From Octopus bimaculoides (lineage: Eukaryota), in the NCBI RefSeq assembly GCF_001194135.2, contig NC_068984.1, positions 12,238,213-12,302,212 on the forward strand: a DNA stretch of 64,000 bases, given 5' to 3'. A program made the position numbers and the translations under genes. Positions 46,901 to 61,054 of this stretch are shown here, piece by piece. The notes below the pieces were generated by a model that searched no databases, was not told where the DNA came from, and saw only the letters and a list, made by a program, of their open reading frames with translations. The first letter of the stretch is position 1. The number at the start of each line of letters is the position of its first letter.

Positions 46901-49900
46901 AACTATTGGAGGATTAGAAAAAATGTCTGTGAACAAATGAATGAATCTTGTTGCTTAATGAATCTTTGTTAATCTGTCAAATAGCCTTCTTTAGGGTGTT
47001 TTATGTAACAGCATCTCTGTCGTCTTAATTATGTAAGTAGTACACTAAAATGGATCACAGTTTAACTTTGTAAGAAGGCCAACAACTGAATATTGATCTG
47101 GACTAGAGTACTTCTTGTCTCTGAGGAACAAACCTAGTTTCTGAGATGCGGCTGTAAGGTTGCTATGAGAGATCACTAGAGATTATCAAGTTTAGCATTT
47201 GCAGTGATTTTTTCATTTCATTTTTAATATAGCAATATATGTGTCATACTTAATACAGATACATCACAGAAAGCTAATCTAACTGTAGTATAGAGATAAT
47301 ATCTCTTATAGATATACAATGTTGCTATTTAAGACTGTACATTTATAACAGATATCTCAAGATGAATACCACAGTTAATTTGACTTTCTGTGATGTACCT
47401 GCATTAAATATTATATATAAATTGCTATTTTAAACTAATACTGCTTATGTTGCACATAATTTAAATTTTTGTTATTGAGTGCTTTAGTTGTGTGTTCTCA
47501 AATAGAAAGATGCTTGACATGTTCAGCAAATCTGTTTTTATGATGTTCAAGAGAATTACATTGCTTCATCTTCATTGAAAAATGGGAAACTCTCTCTACA
47601 TTACTTATGCAAATTTGACAAATATATTTGTGGAAGAGGTGGGTATTGTGTAATGTTTTGTACACTTGGATCAACTGTTTGAAGTTCATAGCTTTATTAG
47701 TAAATCATCAAAAAAATCCATTTTAGGAAAACTATTTGTAAATTGGTCATATAGACATTACTTGTATTGCATTTCTATCATTATTCTGATGATATTTAGT
47801 ATGTTATTTTCTGTTTTACACTTCATATATGCAATAATAAATCTCTGAGCAAGATGTAAACAGTAGCAGCATGACATGGTGAAGTATATTTGTCACCTGA
47901 ATGTGGCTGACCCATAGGGGATGATGCTACTGTTGTTTATAGCCCCAGGAAGACATCTCCTATGGCTCAGCCATGTTTAGGAGGCAAATATACTTCACGA
48001 CTTTGTATATGGCTGTATGGTTAAGAAGATTGTTTCTCAACCATGTAGTTTTGGATTCCGTTCTACTATACAGCACCTTGGGGCAATCGTTTTGTTCTAT
48101 AGCTCTGGGTTGACCAAAGCATTGTGAGTAGTTTTGGTTGGCAGAAACTGAAACACAAGGTGGCGAGCTGGCAGAAACATTAGCACGCCGGGCGAAATGC
48201 TTAGCGGTATTTTGTCTGCCGTTACGTTCTGCCGTTACCCCAGTGCATAAATACCAGTTATGCACTGGGGTCAATATAATCGATTTAATCTCTTTGTCTG
48301 TCCTTGTTTGTCCCCTCTGCATGTAGCCCCTTGTGGGCAGTAAAGAAATAAGAAACTGAAACACTCCTGAGCTCTGAATGCAGAAAATATGCGTAGACTA
48401 GAGAGGAATGTAGGTAATATTCTTCATTGGATGTGCAGCATCAGTGTTCATGTGTGACAAAGTGCAAATGTGTTGAGAGAAAAGTTGAGCATAAGAGATA
48501 TCAGATGCAGCATGTAAGAGAGAGGACTACATTGGTTTGGACATGTGATGCGTATGAATGAAGACGGCTGTATAAAGAAGTGCTGATCACTGAGAGTGGA
48601 TGGCATCTGTGGAAGAGGGAAACCCAGGAAGACATGGGATGAAGTGGTGAGGACTGATCTTAGGATGTTGGACCTCATGGAGGAGATGACAATGGGCTGA
48701 GGTGTTTGGTTTATATGAACTTCTTGAGAAGACCTGCCCATGTCAACAAAACTGAGTTCTAGAACCTCTCTGCATTCCACCCACATGTAACAACAATAAA
48801 ACTTTTTCACACATCCTACCCCAACAAACTAAACTACATCTCTTCCTCAAATTCCCTCTTTTCATGTGCTATGCTTATGCTTATCTTCTGCTCTCCTGTC
48901 ATGTTGTCCCCAACCCCCTCTATATACTCAAGTTTCACCAGTCACTGCATTCTCCACCCCCGCACTCTTTGAATTCATGTGAAGTCTCTATTCCCTACTC
49001 ATGCGCCTTTGGCAAAATGCTTTCATTCATATTCTAACCCCCATACCTTGAGGGTATGCCATGGCAGTTTGCCACCATCCATCTCTCCTTTGCTCTACTC
49101 TACTATCCCATTTATATTCTGATTCCTGTTCCATACTTTGGCACTTTGTCTCCATCTCTCTCTTGCTCTCTTGGACTCTTGCACTCTCTCTCTCTTTCTC
49201 TCTGTCTTACCAGGTAACCATGTACCTCCTCTATAGCAAGACACCTGTTTCTGTCTCACTATAACTTTTCATCATCTGACACAAGATCACCTCCTCCAAC
49301 GTCTTCTCCCCTCTGAAAGGATCTTTGTCTTGCAAATTACTTGGTGACCCTGCCAGTACTGGTGCCACATAAAAAAAACATCCAGTCCACACTGTAAAGT
49401 GGTCATCATTTGGAAGGGTATCTAGCTGTAAAAACCATGCCAAAACTAACCTTGCCTGTGCACTCAGTCCACTCTGTGGGTTGGGTGGTGTTAGGAAGGG
49501 CATCCAGCTGTAAAAACTATGTCAAGATAGACACTGAAGCCTGGTGCAGTCTTCTGCCTCGCCAGCTCATGTCAAACTGTCCAGCCCATGCCAGCATGGA
49601 AAGCAGACTTTAAATGATGGTGATGATATACATATACAATGCAGATATGGCTATAATTCAAGCTGTGAGCTCTTGAAATGCATCTGCTTATTCCAGTACT
49701 TCAAAGTGTTATTTGATTCTCTCTCTGAAGAATTTCTAATTGGAGATATCTTATGTTTCTCTTGCATATACAATTTTATAACTCCAATTAGCAAATGAAA
49801 CATGTGTAATGGTGAATAAATCATATCAAAAAATTTTCCCAATCCCCTGTTTTGCTATATACATATGTGTGTTTGTGTCTCCCCTTGACATCACAGGCTA

Positions 49901-52900
49901 ATTTCAAACACGTCACTATCATTCAAGTGGGGTTCTTTGTTTGTAATCTTCTGTGTAAGCATGTCTGGCCATTGTGCTATTCTTGTTCAAAAGACTAGGG
50001 GAAACATTACTTGGAAAAGTGGTGAGGATGGTCAACAGGAAGAGCATCTGACTGTAGAAAATCTAACTCAATGAATTTCATATGACACTTGTGAACATGG
50101 ATGTTAAAATGAAAATGATGATAATGGCTTGATTATGAATATGGGTACAATGAATGTATTTGGTGATTAAAAAGGTGATTCAATGTGGTACATTGATAAC
50201 ATTAATAGGAGAACTTTGTTGAGAATGGGAGATAAAATGGGAACCTTTGATAAAGGACTTAGAGATGTCAAGTTAAGAATAGCAACATTATTCATATTCT
50301 TCAAAGGAGCAAAAGCTCTTTGGTTTGATAAGAGAAACTTGTAAACAGTTTTGACATGTCATATTTAAATGTCAAAGCATTTATATTAAACTAAGACGGA
50401 GATATAAATTATATAGATAAAACCAGGTATAACATTACATAGATTATTTTATTGCCAAGTGTATTAACGGACAATGTGAGATTAAGCCTGAGTTTGTTAA
50501 GTGGTGGTAGTTGCACTGGTATTTTGTTCCTTACCTTCTCAAGAGAAGGATGGATGTTTATGGCTGGAATGCCTTTTAATCATGCCTGTTTGATTATGGC
50601 TGGCCTTGAAGGAAACTCCAACATAACTCAATTTCTCACAGTGAAAAAAGTGCACTAAATAATTTGTTATAAAGAGTACAGAAAACAAGTCTGTTTTTCA
50701 CCCACTTATAGTATTAATAATGTTTCTTACAGTAAAGATGTACATTAAAGGTTTTCTTGAGTTTATGCTGAGTCACAACTTTATCACAATGGTGGCTTTT
50801 GTTGCTGTAATGGGGAGATGGTGAATGAAAATATATTTTGTTCACTGTGTGACATAAAAATATCAAGTGTTAGCTATTTACAATGACTAGCATAAATGTT
50901 TACTGACTGGGAGAGAGACAGACTGGTCTGAATTATTAAAAACTATGTGACAACATGCAGTTGACTCTAAAATATTTGAAGTCTACTGTGCAACAGAGAT
51001 CTTTGGCTGTCTGCCCCTGGACATCTGTGCTCTAAGCTGTGTACCAAATGGTTTTTTTAGAGGGGGCCAGAAGCCAAAAACTGTGCAATGCCAACACACT
51101 GATTGGTTGATTCAATCGAGTGAAACTATGGTGGCTTGCTTGTGGTGTTTGAATTATTGTCTATTGGTTGAGGTTCCAAATCACAGCTACAACTTCATCA
51201 TCATCATCATTTAACGTCTGTTGTCCATGCTGGCATGGGTTGGACGGTTTGACTAGGGCTGGTAAGCTGAGGAGCTGCACCAGACTTCAGTCTGATTCAG
51301 CATGGTTTCTACAGCTGGATGCCCTTCCTAATGCCAACCACTCCAAGAGTGTAATAGGTGCTGTTATGTGCCACCAGCACGGGTTCCAGTTATAAGACAC
51401 CAGCATTGGTCACATTATTTCCGTGGGGCCCAGTACTCGATTGGTGTTTTTTATGTGCCACTGGCACTGATGCCTGTTATGTGACATCAGTATCAGCCAC
51501 ATTGCCTCTGTGAGGCCCAATGCTCAAGTGGTGCATTTTATGTGCCATCGGCATGGGTGCCATTTTTATTCATATCAATGTTAAAAATGTATTTTTCATT
51601 CATTTTCAACCTTGTGTCTTGTTCCAAGATGCATAAAGAAAACTGTACTCTTTTCTCTTCTGTAGATTAAGATAATTATTCATCACAGATTTTCAGAGAA
51701 TGTTTTGAAATTGTGTCCATTTGTCTAGAGCAGTGGTTCCCAACCATTTTTTGCCTATGAATCCCTTTGATTCCTATTTTACTCACATGGCCCCTCATGG
51801 CCATTTCATATTTAAGAAATCTTATAGGTGAAGGAGTGGCTGTGTGGTAATAGCTTGCTTACCAACCACATGGCACCTTGGGCAAGTGTCTTCTACTATA
51901 ACCTTGGTCGACACAAAACCTTGTGAGTGGATTTGGTAGATGGAAACTGAAAGAAGCCCATCAGATATATATGTATATGTGTGAATTTGTTTGTGTCCTC
52001 CTCCCCTCCATCGCTTGACAACTGATGCTGGTGTGTTCACATCCCTGTAACTTAGCAGTTCGGCAAAAGAGACCAATAGTATAAGTACTAGGCTTGCAAA
52101 GAATAAGTCCTGGGGTCAATTTGTGCGACTAAAGGCAGTGCTCCAGCATGGCTACAGGCAAATGACTGAAACAAGCAATTTTACGTACCTTGATGTGTCT
52201 TATTAACTACAGCAAATTACCACGTCTCCTGGTCCCTTGCTATTTCCTCATTGAGGGATGATAAATCTTGATATAGTTTTATATTGAAAAAAAAGACGCC
52301 CTATACAAATTTACATAATTACTCAGCATATGTTTAGATTTATATATCTGATACTTGCAGCTTCTCTAATGGTGTGGTGTTATTTTTATGGCATAAGAAA
52401 ATCCAACTGATGATGTACTTTGTTTTCAATGTATTATATTTATATATGTTTTTTTATTCTAGTCAAATCTTGTTTACCCTGAAATATCAAACAATGAAGA
52501 ACTTGATGAACTTAACCAAATGCATGAACAAGTGGAGCGTTTCTTCTTGGAAGAAGGTAAATTCCACCTTATTAGTATTTTCAGAAATTATATACATTAT
52601 TTTACAAATTCTGTGACCAGCAACTGTGTTAGTGTGTATGTGTGGGGAGAGCGACATTGTTATCATATGAGAAATGTAATTTGATAAATGACTAAATTTG
52701 AAATCAACAAAGCAGAAATAATAAAACGTAAAGGTAACACAATCATCATCATCATCGTCGTCGTCGTTTAATGTCTGCTTTCCATGCTGGCATGGGTTGG
52801 ACGGTTTGACTGAGGGCTGGCAAGCCAGAAGGCTGCACCAGGCTCCAATCTGATCGGGCAAGGTTTCTACAGCTGGATGCCCTTCCTAACACCAACTACT

Positions 52901-55900
52901 CCAAGAGTGTAGTGGGTACATTTTATGTTCCATCAGCATGAGGGCAATCACGTGGTACCGGCATCAACCACACTCAAATGGTGCTTTTTATTTGCCACCG
53001 GCATGGAGCCAGTCAGGTGGTACTGGCAACGATCATGCTTGAATGGTGCTTTTTACGTGCCACCGGCACAGGACCTGTCAAGCGGCTCTGGCATTGACCA
53101 CTATGAAAGCAGCAAAATATAATGTTCAATACAAAGAAAATACTGTATTCTTGCATTGAATTAGTAAAATTTAGTGCAGTGGTGGGCAAAGTAATTTTGT
53201 GTTATTTAGTTCAATCACATATGAACTCATTGTTTAAATATAGCAGTGTAATGTTATTGGATATACTAATTTTACATATTGAACATATTCCTGGAAGCTT
53301 GTATGATCTCATTGTTTGTTTACATCTGACATCTCAGATACAAAACGTCATAACAAAAGTCAGTGCTGGCTATATTTTCTATAGAAAATCTGCAGAGATA
53401 ACTTTAATGAGCGATGTAAGAGCACTGCTAACACAGTAGAACATGGTATTGACATGATATACATTTGGTATACTTTGTAGTATGTTGTGGTTGCATACAG
53501 GTCCCTACTGTGGGAGTTGTGTTGTTGATGGTTATTCATAAATATGTCAGAATGTTTCAATTGCCATAGAATTATATTTTGCAGCACTGTAAATATTTTC
53601 TTTTTATCAGTAAAGGCAAAATAACCAAATAGATAAAATTCTCATATGGGTGACAGGTTTTGTGTTTGTTACTAATTTAGAATCATTAGCATTTTTTTTT
53701 GTAAGTTTATTTGAAGGATTTCAAGTCACTTTTTATAAAAATAACTTTTCAAAACTATTTGTTGTTAATTTTTAATGGTAATTTAATATGTATTTCAGTT
53801 GATTCTCAGAAGATTGATCATGAAGCACACATTCCTGAAGACACATTGAAAATGATAGCGGAAATGGGACTTTTTGGCCAACAAGTACCTACAAAATATG
53901 GTAAATATGATTACTGAAATTTTAAAAAATTTAGAAAAGTTTGTTTAATATTTTCTTCACTTGGTGAGGCTCTTTGACAGAGTATCCTATTCTGTGGTCT
54001 GATAGAGTCATGCAAGTTATGTATTGAGATGCTGTGAGTTCAGGAAAGAATTTAGCATGCAGGTAAATTCTTGGTTCTTAACCTCCTCTTGTTTATCACA
54101 ATTCTTCGTCATAACAGAGAAATTTAAGACGAGCTGTTGGAACCTCCTCTGTTTGCTGATGGCCTAGTTTTCCTACCTGAGTCAGTTGAAAATTAATCAA
54201 GAATTTCCAAATGTAGATGGTAAATCTAGATTCAAGCGATCTTATAGTAAACTTAGCAAAGACAAGGTTTTAGGGAGCAAGTAAGGTAGATAAAATTCTA
54301 CAACCATTAGGGTAGTGACTGTGCATGCATGATATGCAGAAAATTGTTTGATGAGAATTCCATACAATGTACTGAATATAAACTAAGGATGCCCAAACAG
54401 GACTTCATCTGTAGTAGATGTGCAGGAGAAATTAACTAAGAGAATAAAATATATTTTATCAACTTGGAAAGTTCCATAGAAGTTGTTGACAGTTTCTATT
54501 TCTTAGATGACTTAATTAGCAGTGAAGTTTGGTGTGCCATAGACATTACAGAAGGTTAAGAGAGCTACTATTTCTACTGACAACAACAAAGATGTTATCT
54601 CTCTGAATGAAGGGCTGAGTGTATAAAACTTGTATTCAATGTGTGATGCTGCATTGCAGCAAACATGAACACTGAACATAGAGGTTGTGTGAAAGTTGGG
54701 AAGAAATGATACTAATTAGCTCCACTGATTATATAATGTAATTGCATCAGTGCATGAAAAACAATTGAACTGGTACAGACTTGTGATTTGTATGGTGGAT
54801 GACAATTATATAAAGAAATGCTTGACAATCAAGTTGAAGGAATCCATGGAAAAGAAAGACGGGAATAGATGGTGAGGATTGATGTCATGAGGAAGATGAC
54901 AAATAACCACAAGTGGTGAGACAATGCTGAAAAAGATCTATCCAACCCATGCAAGCATGGAGAGGAATGGATGTACAATGATAATGATATGTTTATTATC
55001 ATTAGTATTTAAAGTCACTAGGCTGCCTTGAATCTTCTGTTCAAATTATTGTTTACTCACACAAAAAAATTGTTTCTGTTATATTTTTTGTTTTTTAAAT
55101 CTCTTAATTTCTGATTACTTAACTACAATCTTCATTCCACGATACCTAAAATTTCTAAAACAATAATATACTGTACTGAAAGAAAAGTTCCAAGGACTTT
55201 CACAAGGATTATAAAAAACTTTGTTGCTTCATTGAATTAGTTATTTCCAACAATGATAAAAATCATGATTTTATGTCTATTTCCTTTTCCCATACAAATT
55301 TGGGTTGGATGGGCCTGCTCAATCACAGCATCTTGACCCTGGTTGTAATCTTTTGTCATCTCCTTTATGAGGTTCAGTTTCCCATCAGTACTTTTTCTTA
55401 TATCTCCCTCTTCTATTTGGATTGCCAAACGCTTCTTCACTCAATCATTATCCTTTGTATGCATCACATTGGCTATACCACCATAGACTTATCTCTTTGC
55501 ACATTACAGCTTTTATCTTTTGCTGAATTGCTAAGTCACAGGGATGTGAACAAACCAACACTGGTTGTTAAGTGGCAGGAGGGACAAATACAAAGACACA
55601 TGCACACACAATGGCTTCCATGTAGTTTCTGCATACCAAATTCACTTAGAAGGCATATCTTGGTCCTTTGTCATATCTTCGTAAAGTTCAGTGTTTTGAG
55701 ATTGGCCTTCAATACTCTTCCCTATGTCTTCCTGGGTCTCCCCCTTTCACGGATACCATCCACTTTAAGTCATTGGTCCTTCTTTACACAACTGTCTACA
55801 TCCATCTGCATCACATGACCAAACCAGCACAATCATCTTCTCTCTTGCACACTGCATCTAATTCCTCTCATGCCTAACTTTTCTCTCAATACACTAGTGC

Positions 55901-58900
55901 TCTGTTGCACATGTACAATGACATTGCACATCCAGCAGAGCATACCAGGTTCATTTCTCTCTAGTCTTTGCATGTCCTCTGCATTCAGATCCCACATCTT
56001 ATTACCATGTAGCATTGCAGTTCGTATACATGCATCATACAGTTTTCCTTTCACTCAGAGAGTCCTTTGGTTGCCAACACAGGTAAAAGCTCTCTGAATT
56101 TTCTGCATTGCATTCTTATTCTAGCAATTATACTTTTGGTACATCCTCCTCCACTGTTAATTAGGTTACCTAGGTAGCAGAAATTATCTACTGCCAAGCA
56201 GGCTTGGATAGAAAGATTATATCATTGATGAGGTTATGAATGATAATGAAAAGACTTTGACATTAATTGATTGATTGAATGAATGATTAATCAAACAATC
56301 TATTAATCAATTAGTTAAATAATTGACCAACTGATGAATGAAAAATAAAACAGTGAAATAGAACCAGTACATGTGTTTATTAGTGACATAATGATCCTCC
56401 CAAGATACAACAAAATATGTTTCAACACACAATTTCACATCAAGTATTTTGCAAACCCAATACAAAATGAAATATATACTGTCTGCATTTTTCTTTCTCT
56501 TTTCTGAAGTTTTCCTGTAGTGAATCTATTAGACAGGAATATGAATGTTTCAAATTAATCTTGCAGTAGTTAAAACCATTGTGGAGGCGCAATGGCCCAG
56601 TGCTTAAGGCAGCGGACTCGTGGTCGAAGGATCGCGGTTTCGATTCCCAGACCAGACTGGTGTCCTGTCCAGCTGGGGGGAACACATACACCATAGAAAC
56701 TGGGAAACCGGGCCCATGGGCCTAGCTAGGCTTTAAAAGGGCGCAAAAAAAAAAAAAAAAAAAAAAAAGGTTAAAACCATTCTGAACTATATTCTCAACA
56801 ATGTCATTTCTCTAGTTCAGAATAAGATTGTAAATATAGTACAGGGTGTCCACAAAGTCTGGGTACATGGGGATTAACACATACTTTAAGAAATTATTAT
56901 TTCTTATATTTAATTGTTTATGTTATGATTTTATTTACTCCATGTACCCAGACCTTGTGGACACCCTGTAGTTTGGTAGCTTAAGCAAGAGGAACTAATA
57001 AATTATTTTAATTCGTTTCAGGTGGACTTGGATTAAATGCTACCAAATACGCAAGACTTGCAGAAGCAACAGCTTTAGATTCATCAATTGCTGTAACATT
57101 AGCAGCACACCAATCTATAGGTTTGAAGGTAAACAAAAATTTCACTTCATCTTTTTTCATCTTTCCATTGTTCCATTGGCCTGCAGCTATGCTGGGGCAG
57201 CACCTTAACCCTTTCATTACCAACCCAGCTAAAACTGGCTCTGGCTCTGAGTACAAATGTTTTGTTTTCATTAGTTTTGAATTAAAATCTTCCACCAAAC
57301 CTTAGTCACAATTTATGTTCCTAACACTAGCTTAATGATAACTAAGTTATTTTGCTAAATTCTTTGTTATATTTTAAATTAATTGAAAGAAACACAGATC
57401 ATCTCAAACTAAATACAGTAATGAAAGGGTTAAAGAACTTTTTGTTGAATGAATCAATGCCAGTCCTTTTTTTTAAGCTTGGTATTTATTCTATCAGTCT
57501 CTTTTGCTGAACTGCTAAGTTATGGGGATGTAAACAAACCAACATCAGTTGTCAAACAGTGTGGTGGTGGGGACAGACACCAACACACACACACACATAC
57601 ATGATGGGCTTCTTTCAGTTTCCATGTACCAAATCTACTCACAAATCTACTATAGCCTGAGGCTATATAGTAGAAGACACTTTCCCAATGTTCTAAGCAG
57701 TGGGACTTGAACCCAGAACTATATGGTTGGGAAGCAAACTTCTTACTGCACAACCACGCCTGCACCTATAATCATGCCTACATGTCCAAAGTAGGAAAAT
57801 AGTATTTTAAAAAAATCTAATTGTGATATTGTTTATAAATTAATTCAATTTTGGAAATTTTTTCAGGTATTATTAATATCAGTTATTGTTAAATGATTGA
57901 TTTTAGAAAACCTGACTTGCTAAAATTTTTTGCTTCAGCATTTCATGTAATCGTTCCCACTTTCAGAGCCAATCAGTTAATGCCAAAAATAATAAACATA
58001 TTGATGTGTGTAAAAACAAATTGGAAAAGAGTTTTGTTACAGGCATTGATAATGTGGCTGGCTAAAATATGGTGTTAAAGTTGCCGTTGCGAAACAAGTT
58101 GTTATCAGCCATGCTAAAAACACTATTGTAAAAGATGTGACCAGGTTTCTGTGACTGTAATGAAACTGGGATCACTACTTTTAACCTAAGAATCAAAAAG
58201 ATGAGCCTTATTTCATAAACTGCAGGCATTTTAAAACAGTAGTTTGTATCTGAATTTAAAACTATCATGATTCATAGATGACTTTGTTAGTTTTCCGTGG
58301 CTGTTTCATTCCTGCTCATTGTTGCTTTGTATCATCAGACCAGCTTGCATTACCTTTTTACATGTCTTTAGGTAAGACAAATTTCCATATCTGTTCATCA
58401 TCACATAAGCTAAAACTGAGTTTTGATTCAAGGAAGCTTCACTGCGTAGCCTTGGGCATATATCAGAAAGTAAACCAGGATGAGTTTGATAAGGATTTTC
58501 TATTTTAATGCCTAGCTTTATCAGAGACTAATCAACATGGATGTGTGCCAGTAGAGCTCAAAATTCAATGTAACTAGTCTGAGTTTGAACCTTGGCTGGT
58601 CAAAGTTGAGAATGATTATTGAAGGAATACAGTCAAGTCTTTGGATGAGTTGTGAGCAAATGCTTGTAGACTGATAATTTCCTTGGATACCGAAAACAGT
58701 TACATCATGTTTGACAGATTCAATAGCTTTCTCAATACACCTATAGCTGCGGGGAGGTTTATAATCAAAGCGTTCTGACCTGATCCCACATTATGATCAT
58801 ATTCATACCGCCCCCCTCCTTTTTAAATATATAATTTCATTAATTTTTAGTTCTCTAATAATAATTCCTACAAAAATTGTAAAATAAATTCTCGTTTTGA

Positions 58901-61014
58901 AAGTGGATTTGATCCATCTTGAAATACTCAACCGGCATTTTCTAAATGATTTTTTTTCCTGTTAGCAAGTAATCTTCTTAATTTTTGATATTGAAATTGT
59001 TTTGTTAATTACCTATAATCATCAGTCTTTTTTATTTTACCCTGTATTATTTATTTATTTATTTATCCTCTTATGTTATTTTTCTTATTTTAATTCTTGA
59101 TTTACTTCACAAATGAAATCAAAGAAACTCATAAGCAATGAACTAATAATAAAAGACACAGTTATTCCATTTAATGTACATTTTGCAATGTGAAATGAAA
59201 GTTTTATGTTTAATATTGAATTTCTTCAATTTTATAGGGAATTCTTTTGTTTGGAAATGAAGAACAAAAGATGAAATATTTACCCAAACTTGCTGCTGGG
59301 GAAGAAATTGCTGCTTTTTGTTTGACAGAGCCTTCCAGGTGAGAAATTACTTCAAAAAATATTGTTGTTCAAACTAGATGTCATAAGTTATTGTAAATTA
59401 AAGATCTATGGAGGTGTGTGGCTTAGTGGTTAGGGTATTTGACTCGCAATCGTAAGGCTGTGAGTTTGATTCCCAGTGGTACATTGTGTCCTTGACCAAC
59501 ACACTTTATTTTCACTTTGCACCAATCCACTGAGCTGGCAAAAATGAGTAGTACCCGTATTTCAAAGGGCCAGCCTTGTCACACTCTGTGTCCTGCTGAA
59601 TCTCTCTGAGAACTACGTTAAGGGTATGCGTATCTGTGGAGTGTTCAACCACTTACACATTAATCTCGTGAGCAGATCAACTTGAACCCTCATTGACGTA
59701 ACCGACAGAGAGCCAGTTACATTAAAGATCTACTTAAATCTTAGAACGAAACAATGAACTTACATAGACGCAGGAGTGGCTGTGTGGTAAGTAGCTTACT
59801 TATCAACCACATGGTCCTGGGTTCAGTTCCACTGCATGGCACCTTGGGCAAGTGTCTTCTACTATAGCCTCGGGCCGACCAAAGCCTTGTGAGTGGATTT
59901 GGTAGACGGAAACTGGAAGAAGCCCGTCGTATATGTGTATATGTGTGTGTGTGTATGTTTGTGTGTCTGTGTTTATCACCCTAACATCGCTTGACTACCG
60001 ATGCTAGTGTGTTTACATCCCAGTAACTTAGCACTTTGGCAAAAGAGACCAATAGAATAAGTACTAGGCTTACAAAGAATAAGCTCTGGGGTCGATTTGC
60101 TCGACTAAAGGCGGTACTCCAGCATGGCCACAGTCAAATGACTGAAACAAGTAAAAGAATAAAAGAATTATTTGGCTGACCAGGACAACTGTAATTTTGT
60201 TGGTCTTGAAATCTGTTATATTCACGAAATATTTTACAATTAATCTTGTCTAAAACCATAACTTTATAAGTGATAAATGAAATACTACCTGTGTTTCCAA
60301 TTTTTAGAAATAATCAAGTTTTTCATTAAGTAGTAATTCTGGAGCTCAGCAAAGATTGAAGATATGATGGAAGATTTCAGTTTAAATATGAACACATTAA
60401 AATGAACAGTTTATATCACAGGACCAGAGGTGGTCTCATGTAGGCTGGTATCGAAATGTTTACAGAATTTTTTTGTTTGTGTTTTTTCTACTAATTTCTG
60501 ATTCATTGCTTCTTTTAGTGGAAGTGACGCAGCATCTATCCAGACTCGAGCGACTCTCTCTGAGGACGGCAAAACATATTTACTTAATGGTGGCAAAATA
60601 TGGATCTCTAATGGAGGCATTGCTGATGTCTTCACAGTTTTTGCTAGAACAGAATTGATAAATGATAAGGTATGATATTCTGTGAAGTCAAAGCTCAAAC
60701 TTCCTTAAATTTATATACCATCTTGTTTAAAAAGGAAAATAAAGTAATCAAGTGTACAGGTGAAAGGCATGGCTGTATGGTTGTGGCATTTGCTTCTCAA
60801 TCAGACGATTTCAAGTTCAGTCTCATTGCCTGGCACCTTGGGCATGTGTCTTCTATTATGAAAGACTGGCCAGCCAAAGCCTTTTGAGTAGATTTGGGGT
60901 CAATATAATTGACTTAATCCGTTTGTCTGTCCTTGTTTGTCCCCTCTGTGTGTAGCCCCTTGTGGGCAGTACAGAAATAAGAAACTGAAAGATGCTTGCT
61001 GTGTGTGTGCATGC

Positions 61015-61054
<40 letters not shown>

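Noticed and set aside
56580-56655. tRNA-like sequences (also 22975-23054, 30722-30800, 59767-59840)
   Set aside because: They keep A/B boxes but have no clean cloverleaf or acceptor stem and continue into SINE bodies; SINE heads, not tRNA genes.
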